Shown one piece after another: positions 42,732 through 51,413 of a DNA stretch of 64,000 bases. Within the stretch, counting starts at the first letter, position 1; the number at the start of each line of letters is the position of its first letter. The position numbers were made by a program, and so were the translations under genes. The stretch lies in the IMG/VR virus record IMGVR_UViG_3300037400_006954; one strand, given 5' to 3'. A model generated the notes under the pieces. That model worked only from the letters and a program-made list of their open reading frames with translations, was not told the DNA's origin and ran no database searches. Origin of the DNA: an uncultured virus (IMG/VR IMGVR_UViG_3300037400_006954). Lineage: Duplodnaviria > Heunggongvirae > Uroviricota > Caudoviricetes.

Positions 42732-43288
42732 TGTTTCTGTTCCTTTCATTTCGATTTTAAAAAGAAAAGGCCGCCGCTAAGCGGCCTTGTTCCCAGGCTC
42801 CGGACTATCGTGGTTCGGCGCTCCTTGGCGCCGCTTCGATGTCCGCTGGAGCCCAGCAACCCGCAGCGCCCTCTTCAGTAGGGCCGACGCGGGAAGAGGG
42901 TGCCTTTTTCGCAGGCTACCCGGCACCCGCCGGGGGTTTCGGCCCCTCTCGGGGCAACCCAGAAGACGTGCAAGGATCAGGGTCCATGGGAAGACCCTAC
43001 ACTAGTGAGAACACGTCTCCCAGCGCGCTGCCCCCATTACAGGGGGCAGGGGAAATGGGAAGGTTTTCTCTCTATTATGTTTTAACTTGTTTTAACTTGT
43101 TTTTAAGTAAAAACATTTTGCCTTTTTGGTGTAAGGATCGCCCCTGCCCTGCGCAGCCTCCCCGTGTAGCTGTCTCCTCCTTCTGAGGAATGGGGAGGTT
43201 TGCCCTCCACATCCACTCCGGGAGGTCGGTCTGTGGAAACACCCTGCCGTCAGCAAGCACCTGCATGTATGCCATATATAACCTCCTT

Positions 43289-43651
43289 TCAGTCCTGTTC
43301 GTCCTGATCGTCAGATCCGTCAGATCCGTCGGGCCACTCGGACGAGACGCGGTTCATGTCCAGGGACCGCTGGGAGAGGTCCGGGGGCTCACCCGGGGCG
43401 TGAGGCACCGCGGCGAGCCTGACCCTGAACGCCGCGCGCCTGATGGCGGACACGAGTATGCGCTCCCCCCTCTCGTGCAGCTCCCTGTACCTCTCCCTCC
43501 TTTCGGGCGAGCAGATCCAGCCTACGATCTGCGCGTAGGTGAGGTCCTTCGCCACAACCTTGACAATCCTCGCGTTGTTCCCCAGGAACTCCCCATCCGG
43601 GGAGAGCTCCCCTGCGGAAAGCACCGCGTCATACAGCGTGTCGTCGCTCAT
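43289..43651 (-). CDS. Hypothetical protein
   Basis: 120 aa; ATGA-coupled to the upstream gene. Confidence 0.55.
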   Translation of the reverse strand: MSDDTLYDAVLSAGELSPDGEFLGNNARIVKVVAKDLTYAQIVGWICSPERRERYRELHERGERILVSAIRRAAFRVRLAAVPHAPGEPPDLSQRSLDMNRVSSEWPDGSDGSDDQDEQD

Positions 43652-44334
43652 CGCCCGCCCCCCGCCTCGTACCCCGAGGCTGCCAGCGCCTCACTGAGGG
43701 CCGCCCTGCCCGCGAGGTCCGCCAGTGCCCTGAGGTCCCTCTCCGCCCTGCCCTGGTCCGCGTCGCGCACGTACTCGCCCAGGAACATGCTGATCGACGC
43801 CTCCAGTGCGCCCGTCCGAGGAGCCTGAGACGTAGATGGAGCAGGCTCCGTGGACTTGGCCTTAGCCTCCCTGGCCTCGAACGTCTTCCACGCGAGAAGC
43901 TCGAACAGCGCCATGGGGGGCACGGGGATGTTCATCACCTCCCCAGGCGGAGCGCCTATGAGGGACATGGTCTCCCATACCGACACGTCGACGACGTAGT
44001 GTCCCCCCAGCACCTTGCGCGGCCTGCAGAAGTACAGCCACTGCTTCTCCATGGAGCCGCCGAAGTAGGACGGAACCCTCACGCGGGCCACGTGCTGCTC
44101 GCCGTACCCCTCCGGAAGGGAGTACGGCGCCCCCTCCTCTATCCACTCCATTATCCTGCCGACCTCCGCGGCCATCTTCTCCAGGACCCCCTCCGAGTAG
44201 TTCTTCAGGACGCCTGCAAGCTCGGACATCCTGCGGGGGTCGTAGTCGGACGAAAGCATGTTCAGGCTCCCGGCTCCGGAAGCCCTGTCTTCGCTGCCTT
44301 TGCTGTCTTTTCTGTCTTTGCTGTCTTCAGCCAT
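43648..44334 (-). CDS. Hypothetical protein
   Basis: 228 aa; AGGAGG RBS. Confidence 0.6.
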   Translation of the reverse strand: MAEDSKDRKDSKGSEDRASGAGSLNMLSSDYDPRRMSELAGVLKNYSEGVLEKMAAEVGRIMEWIEEGAPYSLPEGYGEQHVARVRVPSYFGGSMEKQWLYFCRPRKVLGGHYVVDVSVWETMSLIGAPPGEVMNIPVPPMALFELLAWKTFEAREAKAKSTEPAPSTSQAPRTGALEASISMFLGEYVRDADQGRAERDLRALADLAGRAALSEALAASGYEAGGGR

Positions 44335-44358
44335 ATCTCCTCCTTTCTCCTTTCGCTG

Positions 44359-44631
44359 TCAGAAGTGTATCGCATCCGGCGCTACGGCCGGCGTTGCCTT
44401 CTTCACGTAAACCGCCTTCTCGCCGCCGACCCAGTCCCCCGGGTCCAGAACGCGCATGCCGCATGACTCGGCGTATTTCCCCGCCGTATCGGCGCGCCTG
44501 AACAGGACGGCGTCGTCCGGGTCGTTGGACCACTTCTCGCCTGTCCAGTACACGTAGTCATTGTCTGTCCGGCTCCCTCGCCGGACTATGTGGTAGAAGC
44601 TGTTGTAGCCCATGTCTCCTCCTTTCGTCAA
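44359..44631 (-). CDS. Hypothetical protein
   Basis: About 84-90 aa; true start likely MGYNSF behind AAGGAGG. Confidence 0.55.
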   Translation of the reverse strand: MTKGGDMGYNSFYHIVRRGSRTDNDYVYWTGEKWSNDPDDAVLFRRADTAGKYAESCGMRVLDPGDWVGGEKAVYVKKATPAVAPDAIHF

Positions 44632-44643
44632 ATCGTCAAGTCG

Positions 44644-44982
44644 TTAAATCTTGTCAAGCACCCTGTAGTTCATCCTGAAGTGCATCCTGGACACCGCCTT
44701 GATCTCCCGCGTCGCCATGTCGAGTAGAAGGATCTCCCCTGGCAGGGCCACGGAAGTGTACTTGGGCGCGCTGGTAGGCGTCGTGCGGGCGAGGTATACG
44801 CAGCCCCTGCGACAGTCCAGGATTATCTGCATTTCGACGCCGGAGATCTTGACGAGCTCCCTGACGTCATCCATGTCGGTGAACCGGTAGCCCTGGCTGC
44901 CCTCCAGCTCGTCGGCGAGGACCTGCGTGAACAGGTACTTGTCGACCCTGTTGGCGTGTTCCCTAATGCAGGTCCATATCAT
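44644..44982 (-). CDS. Hypothetical protein (one of three tandem similar genes)
   Basis: 112 aa; C-terminal ALPGEILLLD...FRMNY. Confidence 0.55.
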   Translation of the reverse strand: MIWTCIREHANRVDKYLFTQVLADELEGSQGYRFTDMDDVRELVKISGVEMQIILDCRRGCVYLARTTPTSAPKYTSVALPGEILLLDMATREIKAVSRMHFRMNYRVLDKI

Positions 44983-44983
44983 G

Positions 44984-45379
44984 TTAGCCTCCTTCCTCTC
45001 CGTCCAGTCCCTTCAAAAGCGAGTAGTTGCTCACGAAGAACGCCACGGACTCGACCGTGAACCTGCGGACCGAGGCGTTGAAGACCAGCACTTCCCCGGG
45101 AGCGGCCCTGACGAGGCTGACATGGTCGGCCGACTTCAGGTACAGGTACCCGTTCAGCTCGTCCACGTGCAGCTGCACCGGCTCTCCGGTGGCGTAGACG
45201 AACTGCTCCACGTCCCCCAGGTGCCTGAACGAATGCCGCACCCCGGCTACCGTGTTCACGGGCTCGGCGAAGACCGCAACGGCCAGGTACCTGGAAGAGC
45301 AGCGGTTGGCATTGACCTGCCTCTTAACGTATTCCTGGACCACGGTCGGCCTCCTCCCCCAGCGGATTCCCGAACTCAT
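44984..45379 (-). CDS. Hypothetical protein (one of three tandem similar genes)
   Basis: C-terminal AAPGEVLVFN...FVSNY; start uncertain. Confidence 0.5.
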   Translation of the reverse strand: MSSGIRWGRRPTVVQEYVKRQVNANRCSSRYLAVAVFAEPVNTVAGVRHSFRHLGDVEQFVYATGEPVQLHVDELNGYLYLKSADHVSLVRAAPGEVLVFNASVRRFTVESVAFFVSNYSLLKGLDGEEGG

Positions 45380-45698
45380 CTTCGAACGCGCGCTCGCCCC
45401 ATGCGCTGAACTCGCAGTCCGACTCGTTGAACACGAGGTACTCCCCTATGTAGACGTCGACGTGCCTGGTGGGGGCGTATCCCCTGGCCGTGCGCGCCAC
45501 GTACACCAGGCGAAGGACGCCGCTGCCCTTCATGTAGCCCAGGGCGCTTATGGACAGGTCCGGCCTTTCGCTGTCGATGCCGTGCACGAACTCGGCTATC
45601 TCATCCCTGTTGGCGAAGTAGACCTCCTGGGGGTTGTTTGTGCCCTTGACCTTCATCGCCCGGTATCTCGGCGACTTCCTTGAGTAGAACTCTCTCAT
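45324..45698 (-). CDS. Hypothetical protein (one of three tandem similar genes)
   Basis: 124 aa; VYIGEYLVFN...FEDEF; GGAGG RBS. Confidence 0.55.
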   Translation of the reverse strand: MREFYSRKSPRYRAMKVKGTNNPQEVYFANRDEIAEFVHGIDSERPDLSISALGYMKGSGVLRLVYVARTARGYAPTRHVDVYIGEYLVFNESDCEFSAWGERAFEDEFGNPLGEEADRGPGIR

Positions 45699-45790
45699 GT
45701 ACTTCCCTCCCTTTCCGTTGATAGTTAAAAACCTTGAGGCGCCCGTCCGACGCGGGCGCGGGACCTGCAGCCAGGCAGATGTCCCTTTAG

Positions 45791-45818
45791 TTATTATAGC
45801 TTCGATAGCTAAAGAATT
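45791..45818 (-). promoter_or_regulatory. Phage-specific promoter motif
   Basis: AATTCTTTAGCTATCGAAGCTATAATAA. Confidence 0.6.
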
Positions 45819-45848
45819 AAGAGGTAAAGGAGGTAAAGGAGGGGCCGG

Positions 45849-46094
45849 TCACCCGGCCTCCTCCTTGTGGAACTCCCTGTCGAGGAGTTTCCACACTTCG
45901 CCACGGTCCAGCTTTTTGTCGCTGGCGGCCTTGACGATGTTTTCCGCGATCTGCATCTTGGAGACGCGGATGCGGAAGTAAACGCCCGTCGTCGCGCTGC
46001 CGGCCGCGGCCGGCCAGAGCGCAATTAGGGCAGTTCCGAGGCGCGTGAACGTGGGGTAGTCCACGCACCTCCAGTCTACTCCGACAATCTCCAT
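45849..46094 (-). CDS. Hypothetical protein
   Basis: Start revised to 46094 (AAGGAGG RBS); 81 aa. Confidence 0.5.
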   Translation of the reverse strand: MEIVGVDWRCVDYPTFTRLGTALIALWPAAAGSATTGVYFRIRVSKMQIAENIVKAASDKKLDRGEVWKLLDREFHKEEAG

Positions 46095-46095
46095 T

Positions 46096-46293
46096 TTACC
46101 TCCTTTGTTTGTTAGCCCTGCATGCAGGACAAACGTCACTGAACGGAGACGCCTTTGGCGCCTTCCATCCCTGTGACCTGGCAGCCTCGACAGCCGCCAT
46201 TGCGGAGGAGAACAGAGTCCTCCCTCCGTGGTTAAGCCTGCGTCCGCAGTGGTCACAGGCAAGGCCATAGCCTTTTTCATCGAATAGGTCCAT
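46096..46293 (-). CDS. Small zinc-finger-like protein
   Basis: Start revised to 46293 (GAGGT RBS); CDHC...GW...CPAC. Confidence 0.55.
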   Translation of the reverse strand: MDLFDEKGYGLACDHCGRRLNHGGRTLFSSAMAAVEAARSQGWKAPKASPFSDVCPACRANKQRR

Positions 46294-46295
46294 GG

Positions 46296-46628
46296 CTACC
46301 ACCTCGTTGGCCTTTGCGCCAGCGCCTCCAGCTTTGCGGCCTCGCGTGCCCTGCGGCGGGCGCGCTGCTTTCGGCGAAGGCGCGCCTTGTCGCGCCTGTG
46401 CCACTCATCCGAGCGGGGCTTGAACCTCCCCTCGCGGATGAACGTCTCTGCCCCGTCGTCCTCCACCAGATACGCCTTGTATGACACAACCGAGTCGTGC
46501 CTGCGGCGTAAGTAGTGGTTAGCCTTTCGCCTGGACTCGAAGTCCCTGGTGTGCTCCCCGCCGCCCTTCTCGGTGAGGTATACCCGCCAGGTGCCTTCGG
46601 GTCCAACTTCCAATAGTTTCTCTAACAT
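46296..46628 (-). CDS. Hypothetical basic protein
   Basis: 110 aa; AAGGAGG RBS; promoter-like GGCTATAAC upstream. Confidence 0.55.
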   Translation of the reverse strand: MLEKLLEVGPEGTWRVYLTEKGGGEHTRDFESRRKANHYLRRRHDSVVSYKAYLVEDDGAETFIREGRFKPRSDEWHRRDKARLRRKQRARRRAREAAKLEALAQRPTRW

Positions 46629-46695
46629 TTGAGCCTCCTTCCTTTAGGTGTTATAGCCGGTACTCGACGATTTTTTACAAGGGCGTCCGACAGCT

Positions 46696-46722
46696 AAAAA
46701 AGGGGCTGCGCTATGCAGCCCC
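46696..46722 (-). terminator. Rho-independent terminator
   Basis: GGGGCTGC-ATAGC-GCAGCCCC-TTTTTT. Confidence 0.7.
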
Positions 46723-47190
46723 TGAACCAAGACCGGTCACTACGGCGTGCCTGAGCCATTCGCCGGAGACTTCGCCTGCAGAGTTCTCAAGGACAATGCA
46801 GCCCCCTCCCTGCCTTCCCGCCCACGACTTGTCGTGGAAGACGGTTATGCTCTCCACGCTCTCGTGGCTGAGAGGCGGATGCCTGCGGAGCTCGTTGCAT
46901 AGCGTGAGAACGTACCTGTCCATTTCGTCCAGGTCTCTCCCGTCCGCCCTGCTTGCATTGAATATTTCGGGGGCCGCCGGTTTCCAGTCCGTGGTGGACA
47001 TCAGGAGCCACGAAATGTCTTCGACGGCCCTGTCCTGTATCCCGTTTGTGAGTATCGACTCCGTCAGGATGCCGACCCCGAGGCCCATCTGAGCAGGAGA
47101 GTCGCATGGATCGAACCTGATGGATCCGTTGTCGATGTACAACCCGTTCTTGAACTTTACGACGGCCCTAAGGCCCAGTTGTGTTTTCAT
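46711..47190 (-). CDS. Hypothetical protein
   Basis: 159 aa; AGGAGG RBS. Confidence 0.55.
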   Translation of the reverse strand: MKTQLGLRAVVKFKNGLYIDNGSIRFDPCDSPAQMGLGVGILTESILTNGIQDRAVEDISWLLMSTTDWKPAAPEIFNASRADGRDLDEMDRYVLTLCNELRRHPPLSHESVESITVFHDKSWAGRQGGGCIVLENSAGEVSGEWLRHAVVTGLGSGAA

Positions 47191-47205
47191 CTATACCTCC
47201 TAATC

Positions 47206-47841
47206 CTAGCTATAGCTGTACCCACAGGAATTGTCGCTGAGGACCTTGCGGTCGTCGTCGTAGTCTGGCCAGTTGTCGACTATGGCCACGCCCCCAGCAA
47301 TCAGACGGCACCTTATCCCGAGCTTGAGGCACACGTGCGCGGCCATTGCCTTTGCAGTGGCCGAGCCGTTTCCGTTGCTGCCGATGATGCGCCTGGCCTT
47401 ATTGCGGTTCATCTCGCGAACCTCGTCGCTGATGCTGTTGCCCTGTCTGTCGTGATACTCCGGCCAGCAGACGTCGTGAACCCCTATGCCGCACTCCGGC
47501 AGCACGAAGTTGCGCCCGTATATCACGCAGCGGCCGGTCGCGAGCATGTCCTTGATGGATATCTCGAGGCAGCCTATCCCGCCCCTGTACCCCTCGTATA
47601 TCGCGCCCGCGTCCTTCATCCTCCTGCGTATGTCCTTGAAGCCGGAGAACTTGTCCTTTATCGAGGTGATGACCGGGAACTGCAGGAGCAGCGCGTCCCT
47701 CAGCTTGGCGGCGTTGCCGTTCTCGTCGAAGAACGTACCGGAATATCGAGAAGGAATGCTGTTGGCCTTCTCTACAAGCCTGTACACCGCCTCGTCCGTC
47801 TTGTCCGGGCAATGGTACGTCCGATTTTTCCTATCGCCCAT
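47206..47841 (-). CDS. Hypothetical protein
   Basis: 211 aa ORF in the operon. Confidence 0.55.
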   Translation of the reverse strand: MGDRKNRTYHCPDKTDEAVYRLVEKANSIPSRYSGTFFDENGNAAKLRDALLLQFPVITSIKDKFSGFKDIRRRMKDAGAIYEGYRGGIGCLEISIKDMLATGRCVIYGRNFVLPECGIGVHDVCWPEYHDRQGNSISDEVREMNRNKARRIIGSNGNGSATAKAMAAHVCLKLGIRCRLIAGGVAIVDNWPDYDDDRKVLSDNSCGYSYS

Positions 47842-48490
47842 TTCCGTCCCCCTCTTTTCCGGCCTTGCGCCGGCGGTACTGCACGGCTATGTACTTCAGC
47901 TTGAGATGGCTGTTCGCGTGCTCGCAATTGTAGCCGATGCACTCGGAAAGGTACCAGTGCTTGGCGAGCGCGTCGCACCTGAGGCACCCGGCGACCAGAT
48001 TGTCGATCAGCTCGCAGACGGCGTCTGGGACCTGCGGGGGGTTCTTGTGGAACTCCGGCAGGGGGCAGCGCTCCACGTTGCTGTCTGCGTTGTCCCGCAG
48101 GGAGACGTACGGGCACGAACCTCCGGTGAGACTGCAGCTGTTAGTCAGCGACATTCCCTCCCAGTCGTCTTCGGATATGCTAGTCTCGATGTGGGGGCAC
48201 AGCCTGCGGACCTCTTCGGCCTTGGCCTTTAGCTCCTCCTCGAGAGCCTTGCGGGCGGCGGCGTTCTCCTCGCTCACCAGCTTCACCGCGGCTTTCTCCT
48301 CGACAACACGGTATTTCCCGTCGTCGCTCTTGGCGTACTTGCGCACCCAGGCGTCGCCTTTGGCCTTGCTGCTGAACTTCTTGGCCGATTCGACGTCTCC
48401 TACCAGGCCGATGAACCCGCTGGAGACGCTCGAGACGAAACACCACGGGCTCGCGCTATTCGGCCCGTTTGCTATGATTACGAATTTCAT
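47831..48490 (-). CDS. Hypothetical protein with Cys-rich C-terminal domain
   Basis: 219 aa ORF in the operon. Confidence 0.55.
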   Translation of the reverse strand: MKFVIIANGPNSASPWCFVSSVSSGFIGLVGDVESAKKFSSKAKGDAWVRKYAKSDDGKYRVVEEKAAVKLVSEENAAARKALEEELKAKAEEVRRLCPHIETSISEDDWEGMSLTNSCSLTGGSCPYVSLRDNADSNVERCPLPEFHKNPPQVPDAVCELIDNLVAGCLRCDALAKHWYLSECIGYNCEHANSHLKLKYIAVQYRRRKAGKEGDGNGR

Positions 48491-48517
48491 GTTTTACCCT
48501 TTCGTTTTAGTTTACGG

Positions 48518-49321
48518 CTATGTGCGGTCGCCGGCTGCCGGAGCGGCGGCCTCCGGTTCGGACGCGGCCTCCTTGGCCGCCTTCATCCTGGCGTTGTCCT
48601 TTTCAAGACACTCCCTGCAGACGTACCGTATCCAGCCTTTCGTCGTGCACCTGGGCGAGTAGTCCGTGCCGATCTGGCGGCCGCAGCACTCGCACACGTC
48701 GTAGCATGCCTTCTCGGCCTCCCTCACGAACCTGTCCGCCTCAGCCTCCATGAAGGTCATTACGACCTTCTGCTCGTCGGTAGGCTCGTATCGGCCATTA
48801 TCGACCATCTCAATGTACGCGGCTTCGACGGCCTTCTTCGCCGACTCGTACTCCTCCGCGTGCTCGGTGACGACGGTGCGTACCTGCGGAGGATGCCATA
48901 CGAAGCACTTCTTGCCGTCCCTTTCTACCTCTTCGCTGAAGCCCTTCTCGTCCACGATGTCCCGTATGCCGAAATACCCGCTGGACTTCTTTTCGTCGAA
49001 GTCGTCAATGAGCTTCTTCAGCTCCAGGCCCCGCTCGGTGTAGTTGTCGCATTCAATTGAGTAGTAGAAGTGGAGGGTTCCGAACTTCTCCTTGACCTGG
49101 TCTGCCTGGATGCGAACCTTGTACTTGTCGTAGTACAGGAGGTTGATCGCCTCCAGCCTGCAAGACAGCACGTTCAGCACAGGGTACCAGCCCGGACCGC
49201 ACTCCCAGCCCCAGCACATGCATGTCTGGGTCATGGGCAGGTCCTTCTGGCAGTACAGTATCTTGCACTGCTCCATTATCCTGTTTGGATAGTCTTCCTT
49301 CTTTTCCTCGGCTTCACTCAT
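48518..49321 (-). CDS. Conserved phage-type hypothetical protein
   Basis: Start revised to 49321 (GGAG RBS); WECGPGW, QVKEKFGTLHFYY and CECCG...WIRYVC motifs. Confidence 0.6.
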   Translation of the reverse strand: MSEAEEKKEDYPNRIMEQCKILYCQKDLPMTQTCMCWGWECGPGWYPVLNVLSCRLEAINLLYYDKYKVRIQADQVKEKFGTLHFYYSIECDNYTERGLELKKLIDDFDEKKSSGYFGIRDIVDEKGFSEEVERDGKKCFVWHPPQVRTVVTEHAEEYESAKKAVEAAYIEMVDNGRYEPTDEQKVVMTFMEAEADRFVREAEKACYDVCECCGRQIGTDYSPRCTTKGWIRYVCRECLEKDNARMKAAKEAASEPEAAAPAAGDRT

Positions 49322-49586
49322 CTTTGCTCTCCTTTCCCTCTTCCCGACCTTCGTCTGGCTTCTCCTCGAGGAAGCTGGCCAGATCGAAGTCCAGCGTCTT
49401 GCCCGCCAGCTCGTGGCAGAACACGAACAGGACCTTCTTCTCTGCGTCCGCGGCGGTCCTGGCCCGGACGGTGAGGCCAAGGGGCCTGTAGTTGGAGCGG
49501 TCGGAGGACACCAGCGTGTCGTACAGACCCTCTCCCTTGACCACAGACCCCTTGTCCTTGGACGGCGCGAACCTAAGCACGAGCAT
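49314..49586 (-). CDS. Hypothetical protein
   Basis: 90 aa; overlaps the pncA stop region. Confidence 0.5.
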   Translation of the reverse strand: MLVLRFAPSKDKGSVVKGEGLYDTLVSSDRSNYRPLGLTVRARTAADAEKKVLFVFCHELAGKTLDFDLASFLEEKPDEGREEGKESKDE

Positions 49587-50175
49587 CGGTTCTCTCCGCC
49601 ATTGCTTCTACATCCCTGCTGTCCACCGCCTTGACAAGGCACGACCTCATCACGTCTATGGCGGAGCGGTGGTTTGCCTCGTTTGTTCCCGCGCAAAGGT
49701 CCTCTATTACGAAGATCTTGGCCTTCGGGAACTGGCGCCGCAGCAGCAGGGCGTTGCTTACGACGCAGATGTCCGTGCAGAATCCGCATATGCAGATCTC
49801 CTCCGGCTCCAAGTCGTCGCACTCGTCTCCGTCGAAGTTGGCGATCTCGTCGCGGATCGCGCTTCCGCTGGACATGAACGTGTACTTCTCAAGGAGAGCG
49901 TCGATGTTCTCCGCAACGCTGTCCACCAGGGCATGTCCCGGAGACCCGGCGATGCAGTGGGGAGGCACCACCTGCGCCTCGACGCTCTCCTTGTTGCGGA
50001 AGTCGGCCGCGAAGTGGGTGTCCATCGTGGCCATAATAAACCCGAACCAGTGCAGGTCGCGCATCTTCTTGAGGAAGTCGCTCAGCTTGCGCGAGACCTT
50101 GGCTGCGTTCTCGGAACCAAGACGCCCGGTGGTGAAGTCCACCTGGGCGTCGACTACTACGAGCATTCTCTTCAT
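49573..50175 (-). CDS. pncA: Nicotinamidase (isochorismatase-family cysteine hydrolase)
   Basis: 200 aa; LVVVDAQVDF, MDTH, PPHC, K, GFCTDICV (Asp-Lys-Cys triad and metal ligands); NAD gene context. Confidence 0.88.
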   Translation of the reverse strand: MKRMLVVVDAQVDFTTGRLGSENAAKVSRKLSDFLKKMRDLHWFGFIMATMDTHFAADFRNKESVEAQVVPPHCIAGSPGHALVDSVAENIDALLEKYTFMSSGSAIRDEIANFDGDECDDLEPEEICICGFCTDICVVSNALLLRRQFPKAKIFVIEDLCAGTNEANHRSAIDVMRSCLVKAVDSRDVEAMAERTDARA

Positions 50176-50178
50176 GGC

Positions 50179-50964
50179 TTACTCCTTGGTAGGCGGTGGA
50201 ATTAGCGGAAGGGTGACTTCAGGCGAAGCCACCGAGTGGAGGGCGGCCTGCTTGAACATGTTGTCCTTGATCCTCGGAACGGCCTTTGCGGCGAGCTCAT
50301 CGGTCCAGGCCCCCGTGCGGATGGCCCGGTCGAAGTCCTCGTAGCTGAACCCGAAGGCGTCCTCGTCCGTCTTGCCGGAGAGTCCGTCGCTCGGGGCCTT
50401 TACCACGAGCTCCTTCTTGAGCCCCAGCGTCAGGCCGATGACGCGGACCTCGGTCTTCACGAATCCGGAGATGGGCGCGTAGTCTCCGGCCATGTCGCCC
50501 CACATGGTGGTGTAGCCGAGAAGCCCCTCGGAGAGGTTCCCGGTGGTGACCACGAACGCCCCAGGGGTGGACTGCGCGATTGCGTAGAGCGCGCACATGC
50601 GGATCCTCGGAGCCAGGTTTACCTTTGAACGCTCCTGGACCGGGAGGTTGTACATGTAGTCGACCTCCTCCAGGAGCATGCTGTAGGTCTCCGAGATGTC
50701 GACCGTCGTGGACACGATCCCGAGGCCCTTGATCGCCTCCTCCGCGTCCCCTATGTCCTTCTGGTTACCGTTCGGCATCATGACGCCGATGACGTTCTCG
50801 GGCCCGAAGGTTTCCTTGGCGAGCGCAGCGCAGACATAGCTGTCGCAGCCCCCAGACATGCCGAGCACGGCCTTCTTCATGCCGTTCTTCTCGGCCCACT
50901 TGCCCCACTGCGAGACGACCTCCTTGATCGCCTCGGCGGGATTGAACGAATACTGCTGTATCAT
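50179..50964 (-). CDS. nadE: NH3-dependent NAD+ synthetase
   Basis: 261 aa; LGMSGGCDS, NLAPRIRM, TGNLSE, GYTTMWGD, KAPSDGL, TDE; no glutaminase domain. Confidence 0.93.
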   Translation of the reverse strand: MIQQYSFNPAEAIKEVVSQWGKWAEKNGMKKAVLGMSGGCDSYVCAALAKETFGPENVIGVMMPNGNQKDIGDAEEAIKGLGIVSTTVDISETYSMLLEEVDYMYNLPVQERSKVNLAPRIRMCALYAIAQSTPGAFVVTTGNLSEGLLGYTTMWGDMAGDYAPISGFVKTEVRVIGLTLGLKKELVVKAPSDGLSGKTDEDAFGFSYEDFDRAIRTGAWTDELAAKAVPRIKDNMFKQAALHSVASPEVTLPLIPPPTKE

Positions 50965-50993
50965 CTTGTTTTTTCCTTTCGTTTGGTTGTTGG

Positions 50994-51413
50994 TTAGTTC
51001 ATGATTGTGTCTTCGCTATACAGTGGCCACAGCTTGGAGTACTGGCTGATCCACAGGCCGTCGTAGCTGTTGGTCCTTAAGTTGCTGATCACTATGTCGT
51101 TTATCGGAATTCCGGGGTAGAGCTGCCTGGCGCTCCCGGACAGGATGGACTCACGCGGCACCTTCACGCCGCGAATGTATATCCATCCTTCGTCAAGGTA
51201 CACCTTGCCCTTCCCCGGATCGAATACGAATCTCCTGAATCCCACGCGGCTGTCACCCGCCATTCGCATTATCTTTGCGAAGTTTTCCAGGTTGTCCGCC
51301 CAGTCTTCATGTGGACTCTTCACCGACCAGATTTCCGCGAACATCAGCCCTGGAGCGCACAGCTCCACGAACCGGTGCCCGAGCGGAATCTTCTTTGGAT
51401 CTACTGCCTTCAT
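50994..51413 (-). CDS. Hypothetical protein embedded in the NAD cluster
   Basis: 139 aa; ATGA-coupled to nadD-Nudix. Confidence 0.55.
   Translation of the reverse strand: MKAVDPKKIPLGHRFVELCAPGLMFAEIWSVKSPHEDWADNLENFAKIMRMAGDSRVGFRRFVFDPGKGKVYLDEGWIYIRGVKVPRESILSGSARQLYPGIPINDIVISNLRTNSYDGLWISQYSKLWPLYSEDTIMN

Noticed and set aside
49322..49822. N-terminal extension of the 434-aa ORF
   Set aside because: Overlaps pncA and the 90-aa ORF in another frame; the RBS supports a start at 49321
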